64,000 nt of DNA from an uncultured archaeon (lineage in GTDB: Archaea; Thermoproteota; Nitrososphaeria; Nitrososphaerales; Gagatemarchaeaceae). The notes below the pieces were generated by a model, which ran no database searches, was not told where the DNA came from, and saw nothing but the letters and a program-made list of their open reading frames with translations. Position numbers and translations under genes: made by a program. Shown here piece after piece: positions 1 through 9,835 of the stretch; positions within the stretch are counted from its first letter, which is position 1; every line of letters starts with the position of its first letter. The stretch is from the NCBI GenBank assembly GCA_963799775.1, contig CAWCYD010000003.1, positions 288,001 to 352,000 on the forward strand. The letters are read 5' to 3'.

Positions 1-1
1 C

Positions 2-148
2 GCAAAGCAGCGCAAGTACGCCTGCAAGATAGACGGAGACCAGGCGAAGATCTCCACCGTCGTCGTGGCCTACGCGTTCAAGCTCCTCCTGCAGGAGATG
101 ATGAGCCTGAACATCGCTCCCCGACTGAGGCTCAAGGACGCGGTCTAG
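2..148 (+). CDS. rpoB: DNA-directed RNA polymerase subunit B, C-terminal fragment (partial)
   Basis: Frame 2 reads AKQRKYACKIDGDQAKISTVVVAYAFKLLLQEMMSLNIAPRLRLKDAV*, the YAFKLLLQE C-terminal motif; lies directly upstream of rpoA. Confidence 0.95.
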   Translation, partial: AKQRKYACKIDGDQAKISTVVVAYAFKLLLQEMMSLNIAPRLRLKDAV

Positions 149-172
149 CAAGGAGCATAGTGGTGAAAAAAG

Positions 173-3100
173 ATGGCAATGCAAGAAGCTCTTAGGACGA
201 TACGCTCAATCGACTTCGCGCTCCTCTCGCCCACCGAGATACGCAAGTACTCCGTGGCCGAGATCACACAACCAGAGACCTACGACGAAGACGGGATGCC
301 CGTCCAGGGCGGCCTCATGGATTCCCGTCTGGGGACGCTCGAACCAGGACAAAAGTGCGGGACATGCGGCAACACGGCCTCCCGATGCCCCGGACACTTT
401 GGGCACATCGAGCTCGCAGAGTCAGTCCTCCACATGGCGTTCGTCAGCGACATCAACAAGATGATCCAAGCGACATGCATGAACCTGCGGAAGGATCCTC
501 CTCTCCCAGGAGGAGCTCGACGCGTACCGCCTGCGCCTGCAGAACATCACCGAGTTCACCCCGACGATGAAGGATGAGATCGCAAAGGAGATCCTGACAA
601 GGGCGAAGAAGGTGAAGCTCTGCCCTCACTGTGGCAAGCAGCAGTACCAGATAGAGCTCACAAAACCGACGATATTCCACGAGATCACCGAGGAAGGAGG
701 CGCGACCAGGCTCCTCCCAGGAGCGATCAGGGAAAGACTGGAAAGGATAACCAACGAGGACATCGAACTCCTGGGCTACAACCCGAGGGTCGCTCGACCC
801 GAATGGTTCGTCCTTCAGGTCCTCCCCGTCCCTCCGCTCACGGTTAGGCCCTCGATCACGCTCGAGTCGGGCATCAGGTCCGAGGACGACCTCACCCACA
901 AGATAGTGGACATCCTCCGTGTCAACCAGAGGGTGAGAGAGGCCAAGGAGTCAGGGACCCCGCACCTCATCGTGCATGGACCTCGTAGACCTCCTCCACT
1001 ATCACGTCACCACCTACTTCGACAACGAGGTCTCGGGCATCCCCCAGGCGCACCACCGCTCTGGAAGGCCGCTCAAGACCCTCAGCCAGAGGCTAAAGGG
1101 CAAGGAAGGGCGCTTCAGAGGCTCGCTCTCAGGCAAGAGGGTCGACTTCTCCTCACGAACCGTCATCAGCCCGGACCCCAGCCTAGACATCAGCGAGGTA
1201 GGCATCCCGTTCGAGGTGGCGAAGAAGCTCACCATTCCGGAGAAAGTCTCCGGCTGGAACATGGAGTCCCTCAAGAAGCTGGTCATCACAGGGCCCTTCG
1301 AGCACCCGGGGGCGAACTACGTAATCCGTCCAGACGGCGTCAAGATCAGGCTAGACTTTGCGAGCGACAGGAAGGCCCTCGCGGATTCGCTCGCGGCAGG
1401 CTACATCGTAGAGAGACACCTCATGGACGGCGACATCGTCCTCTTCAACAGGCAGCCGTCTCTCCACAGGATGTCGGTGATGGCGCACACCGTGCGCGTC
1501 CTCCCTTACAGGACCTTCAGGCTCCATCCGTCGGTCTGCCCCCCATACAACGCAGACTTTGACGGCGACGAGATGAACCTCCACGTCCCCCAGAGCGAGG
1601 AATCGAGGTCCGAGGCGCTGATGCTCATGCGCGTCCAGGATCAGATACTCTCGCCGAGATATGGCGGGCCAATCATTGGCGCCATCAGGGACTTCCTCAC
1701 CGGTGCTTACTTGCTCACTCGCGAAGAGACCATGCTCACACCCGAACAGTTCTCCAACCTCGCGCTCCAGGGTGGATACACGGGCGACCTCCCCGAACCG
1801 AAGACCAAGGGAGCCAACCCGCTCTACACGGGGAAGCAGCTCTTCTCTCTCTTCCTCCCGAAAGACATGAACCTGGTGCTCACCTCAAAGTGGGGCAAGG
1901 CCAAGACCGGGCAGTCCAACGACGTGGTCATCAAGGACGGAGAGCTGATCTCCGGAACGATCGACAAGGCAGCTATCGGGGCGGAGGAGCCCGACAGCCT
2001 TCTCCACAGGGTGGCGAAAGACTACGGCAACGACGAGGCAAGGCGCTTCCTCAACTCAATCCTCTCGGTGCTGAAAGAGTACATCACGCGGCGTGGCTTC
2101 AGCTACGGATACGACGAGCTCAAGCTCTCCGAGGATGCGATGGCAAAGATTGCCGAGACGCTGAAGGAGGCCTACGACAACTGCTCCGACCTCATCAAGA
2201 AGTACAAGAACGGGACGCTACCTCTCACTAGGGGCCTCTCCCCCGAGGGTTCGCTCGAGTTCTACATCGTCAACGAGCTCTCAAAGGCGAGAGACAGGGC
2301 AGGCAGGATCGCAGACCGCTCCTTCTCGACGGAGAACTCAGGAGTGATCATGGCACGCACCGGAGCAAGAGGCTCGAGTCTCAACCTCGGGCAGATGACC
2401 GCGGCCCTCGGGCAGCAGTCGGTCAGAGGGAAGAGGATCGAGAAGGGCCTGCGCGGAAGGTCGCTCAGCCACTTCCCGGTCGGCGACCTCGCGCCTGAGG
2501 CCAAGGGCTTTGTGAAGAGAAACTACAGGGACGGACTGACCCCAACCGAGTTCTTCTTCCACGCTATGGGAGGCCGTGAGGGACTCGTAGACACGGCCGT
2601 CAGGACACAGCAGAGCGGTTACATGCAGAGAAGGCTCGTCAACGCGATGGAGCACCTCCGCGTGGAGTACGACTTCACGGTCAGGGACCCGACCGGGAAC
2701 ATCATCCAGTTCCTGTACGGAGAAGACGGCATCGACCCCGCAAAGTCCGACCACGGGAGGCCGGTCAACCTCGACAGAGTATTGGGTTCAGCCGAGCTCA
2801 CGGACCACTCTCGGGCCAAGTTCGGTCAGAAGGAGGCCGTGTCGATCCTGGAAAAGTACGAGGGCAAGCTGAACAAGAGGCTGTTCAAGGAGCTCACGGA
2901 GAGGCTAGCGGAGGCCAACATCACAGAGGACGGAGTGAAGAACGTCCTCGACAGAGTGATGGAGTCGATAGACTACGCCACAGTCGAGCCGGGAGAGGCG
3001 TCAGGCATCGTCGCGGCCCAGTCAATAGGGGAGCCTGGAACACAGATGACGCTCAGGACGTTCCACTTCGCAGGCGTGAAGGAGAGAGACGTCACCCTGG

Positions 3101-3957
3101 GTCTTCCCAGATTGATGGAGCTCGTCGACGCCAGGAAGATCCCCGCTAAGCCTTCGATGGACGTGTATCTCGACGAGGGGTACAAGACGTCCAAGGAGAA
3201 GGCGGTGAAGGTGGCCAACGAGATCCTCTTCACAAGGATAGGCAACGTCGTGGACTACAGCGAGGTCGACCCGACCGAGGGCATCAAGCTGCACCTGAAC
3301 GAGGCCATGCTCGCCGAGAGGGACGTGAAAGCCGAAGACGTCGGCGAGGCTATGGAGACAGGCAAGAGGAACGTCCAGATCGAGCGCGGAGGCAAGGTCA
3401 TCCGTGTGAACATGGAGAACGCGGACCTCTCGAGCCTCTTCACCCTGAGAAACAAGCTCATGAACATGAAGCTAAAGGGCATCCCCGGCATCACCCGCGT
3501 GACCGTGGTGCAAGAGAACGACGAGTGGGTCATACAGACCGCCGGCTCCAACCTCGCAAAGGTCATCGCAGTCCCGGGAGTGGACACAAAGAGGATCACC
3601 ACCAACAACATCCACGAGGTCGCCCAGGTCCTAGGCATCGAGGCGGCACGCGCCACGCTGATCCGAGAGGTCATGAGCACGCTGGACGAGCAGGGCCTTG
3701 AGGTCGACGTCAGGCACATCTTCCTGGTCGCGGACCTGATGACGTCGAAGGGCTACCTGCAGCAGATCGGAAGGCACGGCATCGCGGGCACCAAGACGTC
3801 CGTCCTAGCAAGGGCCGCCTTCGAGATCACAGTCCCGACGCTCGCCGAGGCAGCGATCTACGGCGAGTCAGAGGAGTTGAAAGGCGTGACCGAGAACGTG
3901 ATTGTAGGCCTCCCCATCCCGGTCGGGACGGGGATAGTCGACCTCTACATGGGCTAG
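173..3957 (+). CDS. rpoA: DNA-directed RNA polymerase subunit A, unsplit A'+A'' (apparent frameshifts at ~480 and ~975)
   Basis: Zn finger CGTC...CPGHFGHIEL (173-), PPLTVRPSI (567 frame), catalytic YNADFDGDEMN and A''-type AAQSIGEPGTQMTL in one continuous frame 976-3957. Confidence 0.97.
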
Positions 3958-3975
3958 AAGGGTTGGATTGAGAAG

Positions 3976-4348
3976 ATGGTCACAAAATCGAAATCGACCG
4001 TGGCAGCCGCGACAGATCAGCAGGCTCCTCACACGGATCTTGAAAGAGGCGGTGAAGACCGGCAAGTACACGATAGGGACGAAGGAGACGACGTCCGAGA
4101 TGAAGAGCGCCAAGCTCGTGATCGCGGCCAAGACGATCTCCGACAAGGAGCCAGCGAAGACGAGCCTCTTCAAAGAGGCCGAGAAGAACAAGGTTCCCGT
4201 CGTGAAGACGGACAAGTCTTCGGCCCAGCTCGGAAGGATGATCGGCAGGCCATTCCGAGTCTCGTTCATCGCCTTGCGCGTGGTCCCAGAAGGAGACTTT
4301 AGGCAGCTTGTGGGCGCTCCTTCCCAGTCTGGCAAGGCTTCAGCGTGA
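3976..4348 (+). CDS. rpl30e: 50S ribosomal protein L30e (probable frameshift ~4020)
   Basis: AVKTGKYTIGTKET...LGRMIGRPFRVSFIAL, L7Ae/L30e-type motifs; canonical position between rpoA and nusA. Confidence 0.85.
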
Positions 4349-4352
4349 AAGC

Positions 4353-4796
4353 TTGCCCGAGATCAAGCTCTCAGCAGATCAACTGGGTCTAATCTCGATC
4401 TTCCAGAACATGAGCGGCGCGACGGTCAGGGACTGCATCGTCGACGAGAAGGGAGCACGTCTCATCTTCATAATCAACAACGGCCAGATGGGCCTGGCGA
4501 TAGGAAAGAAGGGCGCGACCATCCAGAACATCGAAAGGGTGATCAAGAAGCCAGTCGAGGTGGTCGAGTGGTCCGACGACCCCGCTGAGATGATTCGCAA
4601 CGCCCTCGACCCGCGAGCCATCCAGGAAGTGAGGCTGGTCGACAGGCTCGACGGGTCCAAGAGCATGTCGGTCGTCGTTGACCCGAGGAGGAAGGGCGCG
4701 GTCCTCGGTAGAGGCGGGAAGAACGCGGAGAAGGTGAGGCTGATCGCGAAAAAGTACTTCAACATCAGCAACGTCCAGATCGTCACCGCTTTCTGA
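4353..4796 (+). CDS. nusA: archaeal NusA (KH-domain transcription factor)
   Basis: GLAIGKKGATI and KGAVLGRGGKNAE KH motifs; TTG start at 4353; conserved synteny. Confidence 0.95.
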   Translation: MPEIKLSADQLGLISIFQNMSGATVRDCIVDEKGARLIFIINNGQMGLAIGKKGATIQNIERVIKKPVEVVEWSDDPAEMIRNALDPRAIQEVRLVDRLDGSKSMSVVVDPRRKGAVLGRGGKNAEKVRLIAKKYFNISNVQIVTAF

Positions 4797-4806
4797 GTCC
4801 CAACCC

Positions 4807-4813
4807 TTTTATA
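4807..4813 (+). promoter_or_regulatory. TATA box upstream of rps12 (probably leaderless transcript)
   Basis: TTTTATA ending 27 nt before the ATG at 4840. Confidence 0.55.
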
Positions 4814-4839
4814 CGCAACTCCGAGCACGACGCTGAAAC

Positions 4840-5268
4840 ATGCCCAGCGGAGAATTCGCGGCAAGGCAGATTGGGCTTCACAGGCAGAAGCTTCGCTGGA
4901 GCAACAAGTACTACAAGAGGAAAGTCCTCGGGCTAGACATCAAGGCAGACCCCTTTGAAGGTTCTCCGCAGGCAAGAGGCATCGTACTCGAGAAGGTAGG
5001 CATCGAATCGAAGCAGCCCAACTCGGCCATCCGGAAATGCGTAAGAGTCCAGATAGTGAAGAACGGTAAACAGGTCACAGCATTCCTCCCCGGAGACGGC
5101 GCGCTGAACTTCGTCGACGAGCACGACGAGGTCACGCTCGAAGGGATAGGCGGCTCCATGGGCAGAGCCATGGGCGACATCCCAGGAGTCCGATGGCAGG
5201 TGTCCAAGGTGAACGGTGTCTCGCTGAACGAGATGGTCTACGGACGGAAGGAGAAGCCAAGGAGATAG
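4840..5268 (+). CDS. rps12: 30S ribosomal protein S12 (uS12)
   Basis: [14 protein letters not shown] and GDIPGVRW motifs. Confidence 0.98.
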   Translation: MPSGEFAARQIGLHRQKLRWSNKYYKRKVLGLDIKADPFEGSPQARGIVLEKVGIESKQPNSAIRKCVRVQIVKNGKQVTAFLPGDGALNFVDEHDEVTLEGIGGSMGRAMGDIPGVRWQVSKVNGVSLNEMVYGRKEKPRR

Positions 5269-5277
5269 AGAGATGCA

Positions 5278-5886
5278 ATGAGCACCAAGCTGGAATACCC
5301 CAACCTCCTCCTCTGGAACAAGTGGGACATGAGTCACGTCAAGGTCGAGGACCAGGGCCTCGCCAGCGTGATAGACCTCAGGCCGATGCTCCTCCCCCAC
5401 TCGGGCGGAAGGCACGAGCACCAAAAGTTCTCGAAGACCAAGGTAAACGTGGTGGAGAGGCTCGTGAACCAGCTTATGCACTTCGGCAAGAAGCACGCCA
5501 AGAACACCGGAAGGATGGGCGGCAAGAAGCAAAAGTCGATGAGCATCGTCCGGACTGCGTTCGAGATAATCCAGATCAAGACCGGGGGCAACCCCGTCCA
5601 ATACCTCGTAAAGGCGATAGAGAACTCGTCCCCCAACGAGGACACCACGAGGATGAGCTACGGCGGAGTAGTGTACCACATATCGGTCGACATCTCGCCG
5701 ACAAGAAGGATCGACCTCGCGCTACGGTCGATATCTGAGGGCGTGAGAGAGGCCACTTTCAAGGCCAACCGGTCTGTCGAGGAAGTCCTCGCGGACGAGA
5801 TAATCGCAGCGGCGAGCGGCGACTCGAACAGCTTCGCGGTCAAGCGGAAGAACGAGCAAGAAAGAATCGCGATGGCCTCGAGATAG
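5278..5886 (+). CDS. rps7: 30S ribosomal protein S7 (uS7)
   Basis: NPVQYLVKAIENSSPNEDTTRMSYGG, EQERIAMASR. Confidence 0.98.
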   Translation: MSTKLEYPNLLLWNKWDMSHVKVEDQGLASVIDLRPMLLPHSGGRHEHQKFSKTKVNVVERLVNQLMHFGKKHAKNTGRMGGKKQKSMSIVRTAFEIIQIKTGGNPVQYLVKAIENSSPNEDTTRMSYGGVVYHISVDISPTRRIDLALRSISEGVREATFKANRSVEEVLADEIIAAASGDSNSFAVKRKNEQERIAMASR

Positions 5887-5913
5887 GCCTAACAGAAATA
5901 CCGGTATCCTTTC

Positions 5914-6640
5914 CTACGCCTTCTTATCTTTCTTCAATGCGAGTCCCCGAAGCTCGTTCTCCATCTCTGGAGGTTCCGACGTCGAAGCCTGCGGGGATGC
6001 GAGGAAGGCGCGGCACAACCTGAGGAGCCTCGTCTCTCCTCGAGACAAGGAGCGTGTGCGCGAACGTAAAGTCGTGCTTCGGGTCCTTCGCGACGGGCGG
6101 AAGGACCTCAAGGCGGGAAGTCCGCAGTGCGTCACGGAGCAGGTATCCTCCCTTGAGTTGGGTCACGAGGTCGTCCTCTGCCCATATCACGAGGCTCGGC
6201 TTGCCCACGCGCGAAAGCTGGGGGAGCTGGCTCTTGTCGTAGGTGCTCGCTACGAGGATGAGGTTCTCGACCCTCTCGGGCCAATCGATCGCGACCTCGA
6301 GCGCCACTTGTCCTCCCCAAGAGTATCCGAGCAACGTGGCGGTCGGGATCTTCATGACGTCCACCAGCTCGTGGATGACCCTCGCCTGGCCCTTGTAGTC
6401 CGGCGTCTCTGCGGGCCTGGAGGACTTGCCGTAGCCGACAAGGTCGGGGACGACCAACCGGTGGCTGTCCGCCAAAGCGAAGAGCCCCTCCATGTCCTTC
6501 CAACTCGGCCTCTTCTCCTCGCCATGGAGCATGACGATCGCAGGCCCGTTCCCCGTCGATGCGACGTTGATCTTGAACTCGCCGACATCCACCATCTGCT
6601 CGACCACCTTACCCGTTACCCGACTTCCGGCGCTCATCAA
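5914..6640 (-). CDS. small alpha/beta hydrolase (probable frameshift ~6030)
   Basis: VMLHG, PDLVGYGKS, nucleophile elbow GYSWGG, IWAEDD acid, HTL histidine; C-terminus continues in the 5914 frame. Confidence 0.85.
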
Positions 6641-6668
6641 TCCAAGTCCAGTTCTGGAGGGGTTTTAT

Positions 6669-8009
6669 CAATTCCTACCGAGAAAACCCACTGGCTTTAG
6701 CCGCGGGATGAAATCGAGCATGGGCGCTTTAATACATGAGGGCACCTAATCTGCTGATGAGGAGCGCCCTTCGGTTCCGCCTCTACCCGTCGCACGAACA
6801 AGAAGCGAGGATGGTCTGCACTCTCGATTCGTCTCGTCGGCTCTGGAACGACGCCCTCAGGCACAGGAGAGACAGGTGGCAGGAAGAGAGAAGATCTACT
6901 TCATACAGCCTGCAGGCGTCAATCCTTACGGTCGAGCGCAGAGAGGACGCTAAGCTCAGCGGGCTCTATGCCCAGGTTGCCCAGGACGTCCTCAAGAGGC
7001 TAGACAAGGCATTTCAGGCGTTCTTCAAGCACAAATCGAGGTATCCGAGGTTCAAGAAGCATTCAGAGACGGGTTCGTTCACGTACCCCCAGGCCTACAA
7101 CGGCTCCGCCAAACCCGACGCGACAAGGCGAAGGCTCTTCCTCTCAAAGATCGGAAATGTCAGGACGGTCTTCCATAGGCCGCTGCCGAAGGACGCCCTC
7201 CTGAAGACGTGCACGGTCAACAGGGAGCCCGACGGCAAATGGTTCGCGTCGCTCGTCTTCGAGGGCATCGTCCCGCTGCAAGACATCGGCGTCAGGATCA
7301 AGTTCGGATCACCTGTCGGCGTCGACCTCGGCCTAAAGTCTCTGATAGTCACGAGCGACGGCACCGATATCCCGCATCCCCGATTTCTCAGAAAGAGCGA
7401 GAAGAAGCTCAAACACCTCCAGCAGGTGCTCTCTCGCAAGAAGAAGGGCTCGAAGAACAGGCTCAAGGCACGTCAGAGGGTGGCGTCGCAGCACGCCAAG
7501 GTCAGGAGGCAGCGTACGGACTTGAACCACAAGCTCTCGACGGCGCTCGTGAGACGGCACGACCTCCTCGCCTTCGAGGACCTTCGCATCAGGAACCTGG
7601 TGCGGAACCACAAGCTGGCGAAGTCGATTCACGATGCTGGATGGGGTCAGCTCGCGAGGCTCGCGGAGTACAAGGCGCTCTCAAAGGGGAAGCGCGTAGT
7701 CAGAGTCGATTCCGCGTACTCGACCCAGGAGTGCTTCCATTGCGGCGCGCTCAACAAGATCGATCTCGACGTACGAGAGTTCGACTGCATCGGTTGTCGT
7801 CGCCATCTCAGACGCGACCACAACGCGTCGTGCATCGTGCTGAAGCGAGGACTCGCAATGGTAGGGCAGGGCATGCCCGAACTCAAGCCTGTGGAGATGG
7901 AACCTCTACTCGTCCAGACAACTAGGCGAGCAAGCTCTATCTGTGAAGCAGGAACTACACGCCCGCAAGGGCTGGAATCCCACGGCCAAATGCCGTGGGA
8001 GGATGTCAC
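6669..8009 (+). mobile_element. IS200/IS605-family element, TnpB-only (IS1341-like)
   Basis: Left-end hairpin CCCACTGGCTTTAGCCGCGGG (6687-6707); right-end 9-bp stem TCCCACGGC/GCCGTGGGA (7978-8000) followed by GGATGTCAC; candidate TAM TTTAT at 6664-6668; no tnpA. Left boundary is inferred. Confidence 0.8.
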
Positions 8010-8037
8010 CCGCTTCGCAAGGCACTACGTCGCCTGA
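6736..8037 (+). CDS. tnpB: RNA-guided endonuclease TnpB
   Basis: N-terminal RFRLYP, RuvC residues GVDLG / AFEDL / RDHNAS, Zn finger CFHC...CIGC. Confidence 0.95.
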   Translation: MRAPNLLMRSALRFRLYPSHEQEARMVCTLDSSRRLWNDALRHRRDRWQEERRSTSYSLQASILTVERREDAKLSGLYAQVAQDVLKRLDKAFQAFFKHKSRYPRFKKHSETGSFTYPQAYNGSAKPDATRRRLFLSKIGNVRTVFHRPLPKDALLKTCTVNREPDGKWFASLVFEGIVPLQDIGVRIKFGSPVGVDLGLKSLIVTSDGTDIPHPRFLRKSEKKLKHLQQVLSRKKKGSKNRLKARQRVASQHAKVRRQRTDLNHKLSTALVRRHDLLAFEDLRIRNLVRNHKLAKSIHDAGWGQLARLAEYKALSKGKRVVRVDSAYSTQECFHCGALNKIDLDVREFDCIGCRRHLRRDHNASCIVLKRGLAMVGQGMPELKPVEMEPLLVQTTRRASSICEAGTTRPQGLESHGQMPWEDVTRFARHYVA

Positions 8038-8106
8038 AACCGGTGAAAACTTGAATTTCACACTGCTAATATAGCACCGAGCGTCCATTGCCCTAGCAAG
8101 AGAGAC

Positions 8107-8274
8107 ATGCCCCAAGAACCGATGAGCTTCTTCGGCTGGCTGATGGCCTGCTGCGTCAGCGACGAGGACGGCTCTCGAACTCGCGAGACTCTGTCGACGG
8201 CTCTCGTCTTCGCCTCGGGGATGGTAGCCAGCGGGATTACTCTCTACCTCGCGGGAATGCTGCACCTGCTCTAG
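8107..8274 (+). CDS. small membrane protein (55 aa, absent from ORF track)
   Basis: MPQEPMSFFGWLMACCVSDEDGSRTRETLSTALVFASGMVASGITLYLAGMLHLL*; TAATATA about 35 nt upstream; C-terminal hydrophobic helix. Confidence 0.55.
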   Translation: MPQEPMSFFGWLMACCVSDEDGSRTRETLSTALVFASGMVASGITLYLAGMLHLL

Positions 8275-8386
8275 CCGGCATCGTCGCTCCGCGGTTTCGT
8301 CTACGGAAATCGACCTAGATGTCGAGAAATACTACTCTCGCCCCATTTACGAGTGCCCGGAGGTATCATGTTTCAGGTAATCCAAA

Positions 8387-8593
8387 ATGGGAAGAAAAAT
8401 CGTACTGTTCGGATTCTGGTTGCTCGGCTACAGCTTGGGCTTCGTCGCCTGGCTGGTCAGGACACCAATCATCAACTCCATCATGAACCTCGGCATCAGC
8501 TCTGACGTCGCAGGAGCGATGATCACGGGCTTGGCGAGTTCAATCATGATGCTCGTCGGTGTCTTGCTCTGGAGCTTCCTGTCTAGACAATAA
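8387..8593 (+). CDS. small two-TM membrane protein
   Basis: 68 aa with two hydrophobic helices. Confidence 0.65.
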   Translation: MGRKIVLFGFWLLGYSLGFVAWLVRTPIINSIMNLGISSDVAGAMITGLASSIMMLVGVLLWSFLSRQ

Positions 8594-8612
8594 GTCCATC
8601 CATCGTAACTTT

Positions 8613-8635
8613 GGGTCGGGTCCCTCCCCCGACCC
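8613..8635. terminator. hairpin between convergent genes
   Basis: GGGTCGGG-7 nt loop-CCCGACCC, perfect 8-bp stem. Confidence 0.4.
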
Positions 8636-8643
8636 TTAGTTCT

Positions 8644-9480
8644 TCACCCCATCTCCGGCGCTGCGGGGATAGGGCTCCCGCATGCTGTGCAGAACCGTGA
8701 ACCCCCCTCGACACTCTTTCCACAAGTTGGACAGAATAACGTCTCGCCATGTCCACCGACAACCGGTGGGTTCTCAGGTTTCATCATCTCCATCTGATCC
8801 CTCTCCTCTAGTGCTGGCGCTTCTCTCCTGGCCCTCCGCCAGAACTTTACGACCCCTATGAAGACCACGATGAAAGGGAGCCATGTGAGCAGTGCAAGTA
8901 GCGGCATAGAGCTAGACTCGAGCTGAATCTCGGTCACCTCGAAAGTGGCGGCGACCGCAAGCACCCCGGCGATCAGAAGGACGTTCACGACGAGAAAGCG
9001 GAACTCCCTCGCGAAGTTCGCCCACCCCGACTTGAAGCCAAGGTAGACCGAATAGACCAGGTAGATGCTCTCTGCCGCGGCTATCGCGTAGGCGGGCAGC
9101 TCCAGCCACGTGCTCGGAAGGATGAAGAGGTTGGCTAGCGCCGCGGCAATGGGGTATCCCTTGACGATGCCGATGACCTCAACGATCCTCGCGGTCTCGT
9201 AGAGAGAGAGGGCGAGAATCAGTAGTCCGAAAGCTGGGATTATCTCGACGACGGCGACCCTGAAGTTGTTCGAGAAGATACCTGCGACCTGACCCAGAGC
9301 GGATTGATTGAGGACTGCCGCCGTGCTGTTGTACTGCTTCTCGTAGGTCGGGAGCTCTGAGGGAAAGAAGGCTGAGTTCGATACCACCACGACGACGGCA
9401 ATCTCCAGCAAGAAGATGCCCAGGATCAGGGGCCATCGCCTTCCAACTATGATCTTGAGAAACTCTATGGTCGATGTCAA
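8644..9480 (-). CDS. SpoIIM/DUF95-like membrane protein with C-terminal zinc ribbon
   Basis: IFSNNFRVA, LPSTWLELPAY, AATFEV motifs; C-terminal CPTC...CTAC. Confidence 0.8.
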   Translation of the reverse strand: MTSTIEFLKIIVGRRWPLILGIFLLEIAVVVVVSNSAFFPSELPTYEKQYNSTAAVLNQSALGQVAGIFSNNFRVAVVEIIPAFGLLILALSLYETARIVEVIGIVKGYPIAAALANLFILPSTWLELPAYAIAAAESIYLVYSVYLGFKSGWANFAREFRFLVVNVLLIAGVLAVAATFEVTEIQLESSSMPLLALLTWLPFIVVFIGVVKFWRRARREAPALEERDQMEMMKPENPPVVGGHGETLFCPTCGKSVEGGSRFCTACGSPIPAAPEMG

Positions 9481-9785
9481 CTAGGCCACCCATCCCGACG
9501 CAGCAATCGTGAAGCAGAGTCGGGGGATCTGGTGCCGCCTCACGAGGCTCGAGTTCATGGAGGGGTATAAGGTTGTGCAAGAATTCTCCGTCCTCCAAGG
9601 CGGGACGTCGCCTCAGTCCGGCTCGCAAACAAAGGGGTGGCGCGCAAGCTTGGTTGTTTCTCTAAAGAATCGCGGCGGATATCAGGCGAAAGACTGCAAA
9701 CGGAGACGTTCCTGCCTCATATCGACCCTGCAGAGGCAGTTCTTCCCTTTCTGCCCCTTTCAAACACTGTTTCCGACGGCCAAAC

Positions 9786-9796
9786 CTTAAATAATA
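9786..9796 (+). promoter_or_regulatory. TATA box of the EF-1alpha gene
   Basis: CTTAAATAATA about 40 nt upstream of ATG 9836. Confidence 0.5.
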
Positions 9797-9835
9797 TCTC
9801 GAAGGGGTCTTTTCGTATACCGGAGTTAATGCATA

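Noticed and set aside
9601-9625. tRNA-like 5' sequence CGGGACGTCGCCTCAGTCCGG
   Set aside because: No anticodon arm, T arm or complementary acceptor strand follows.
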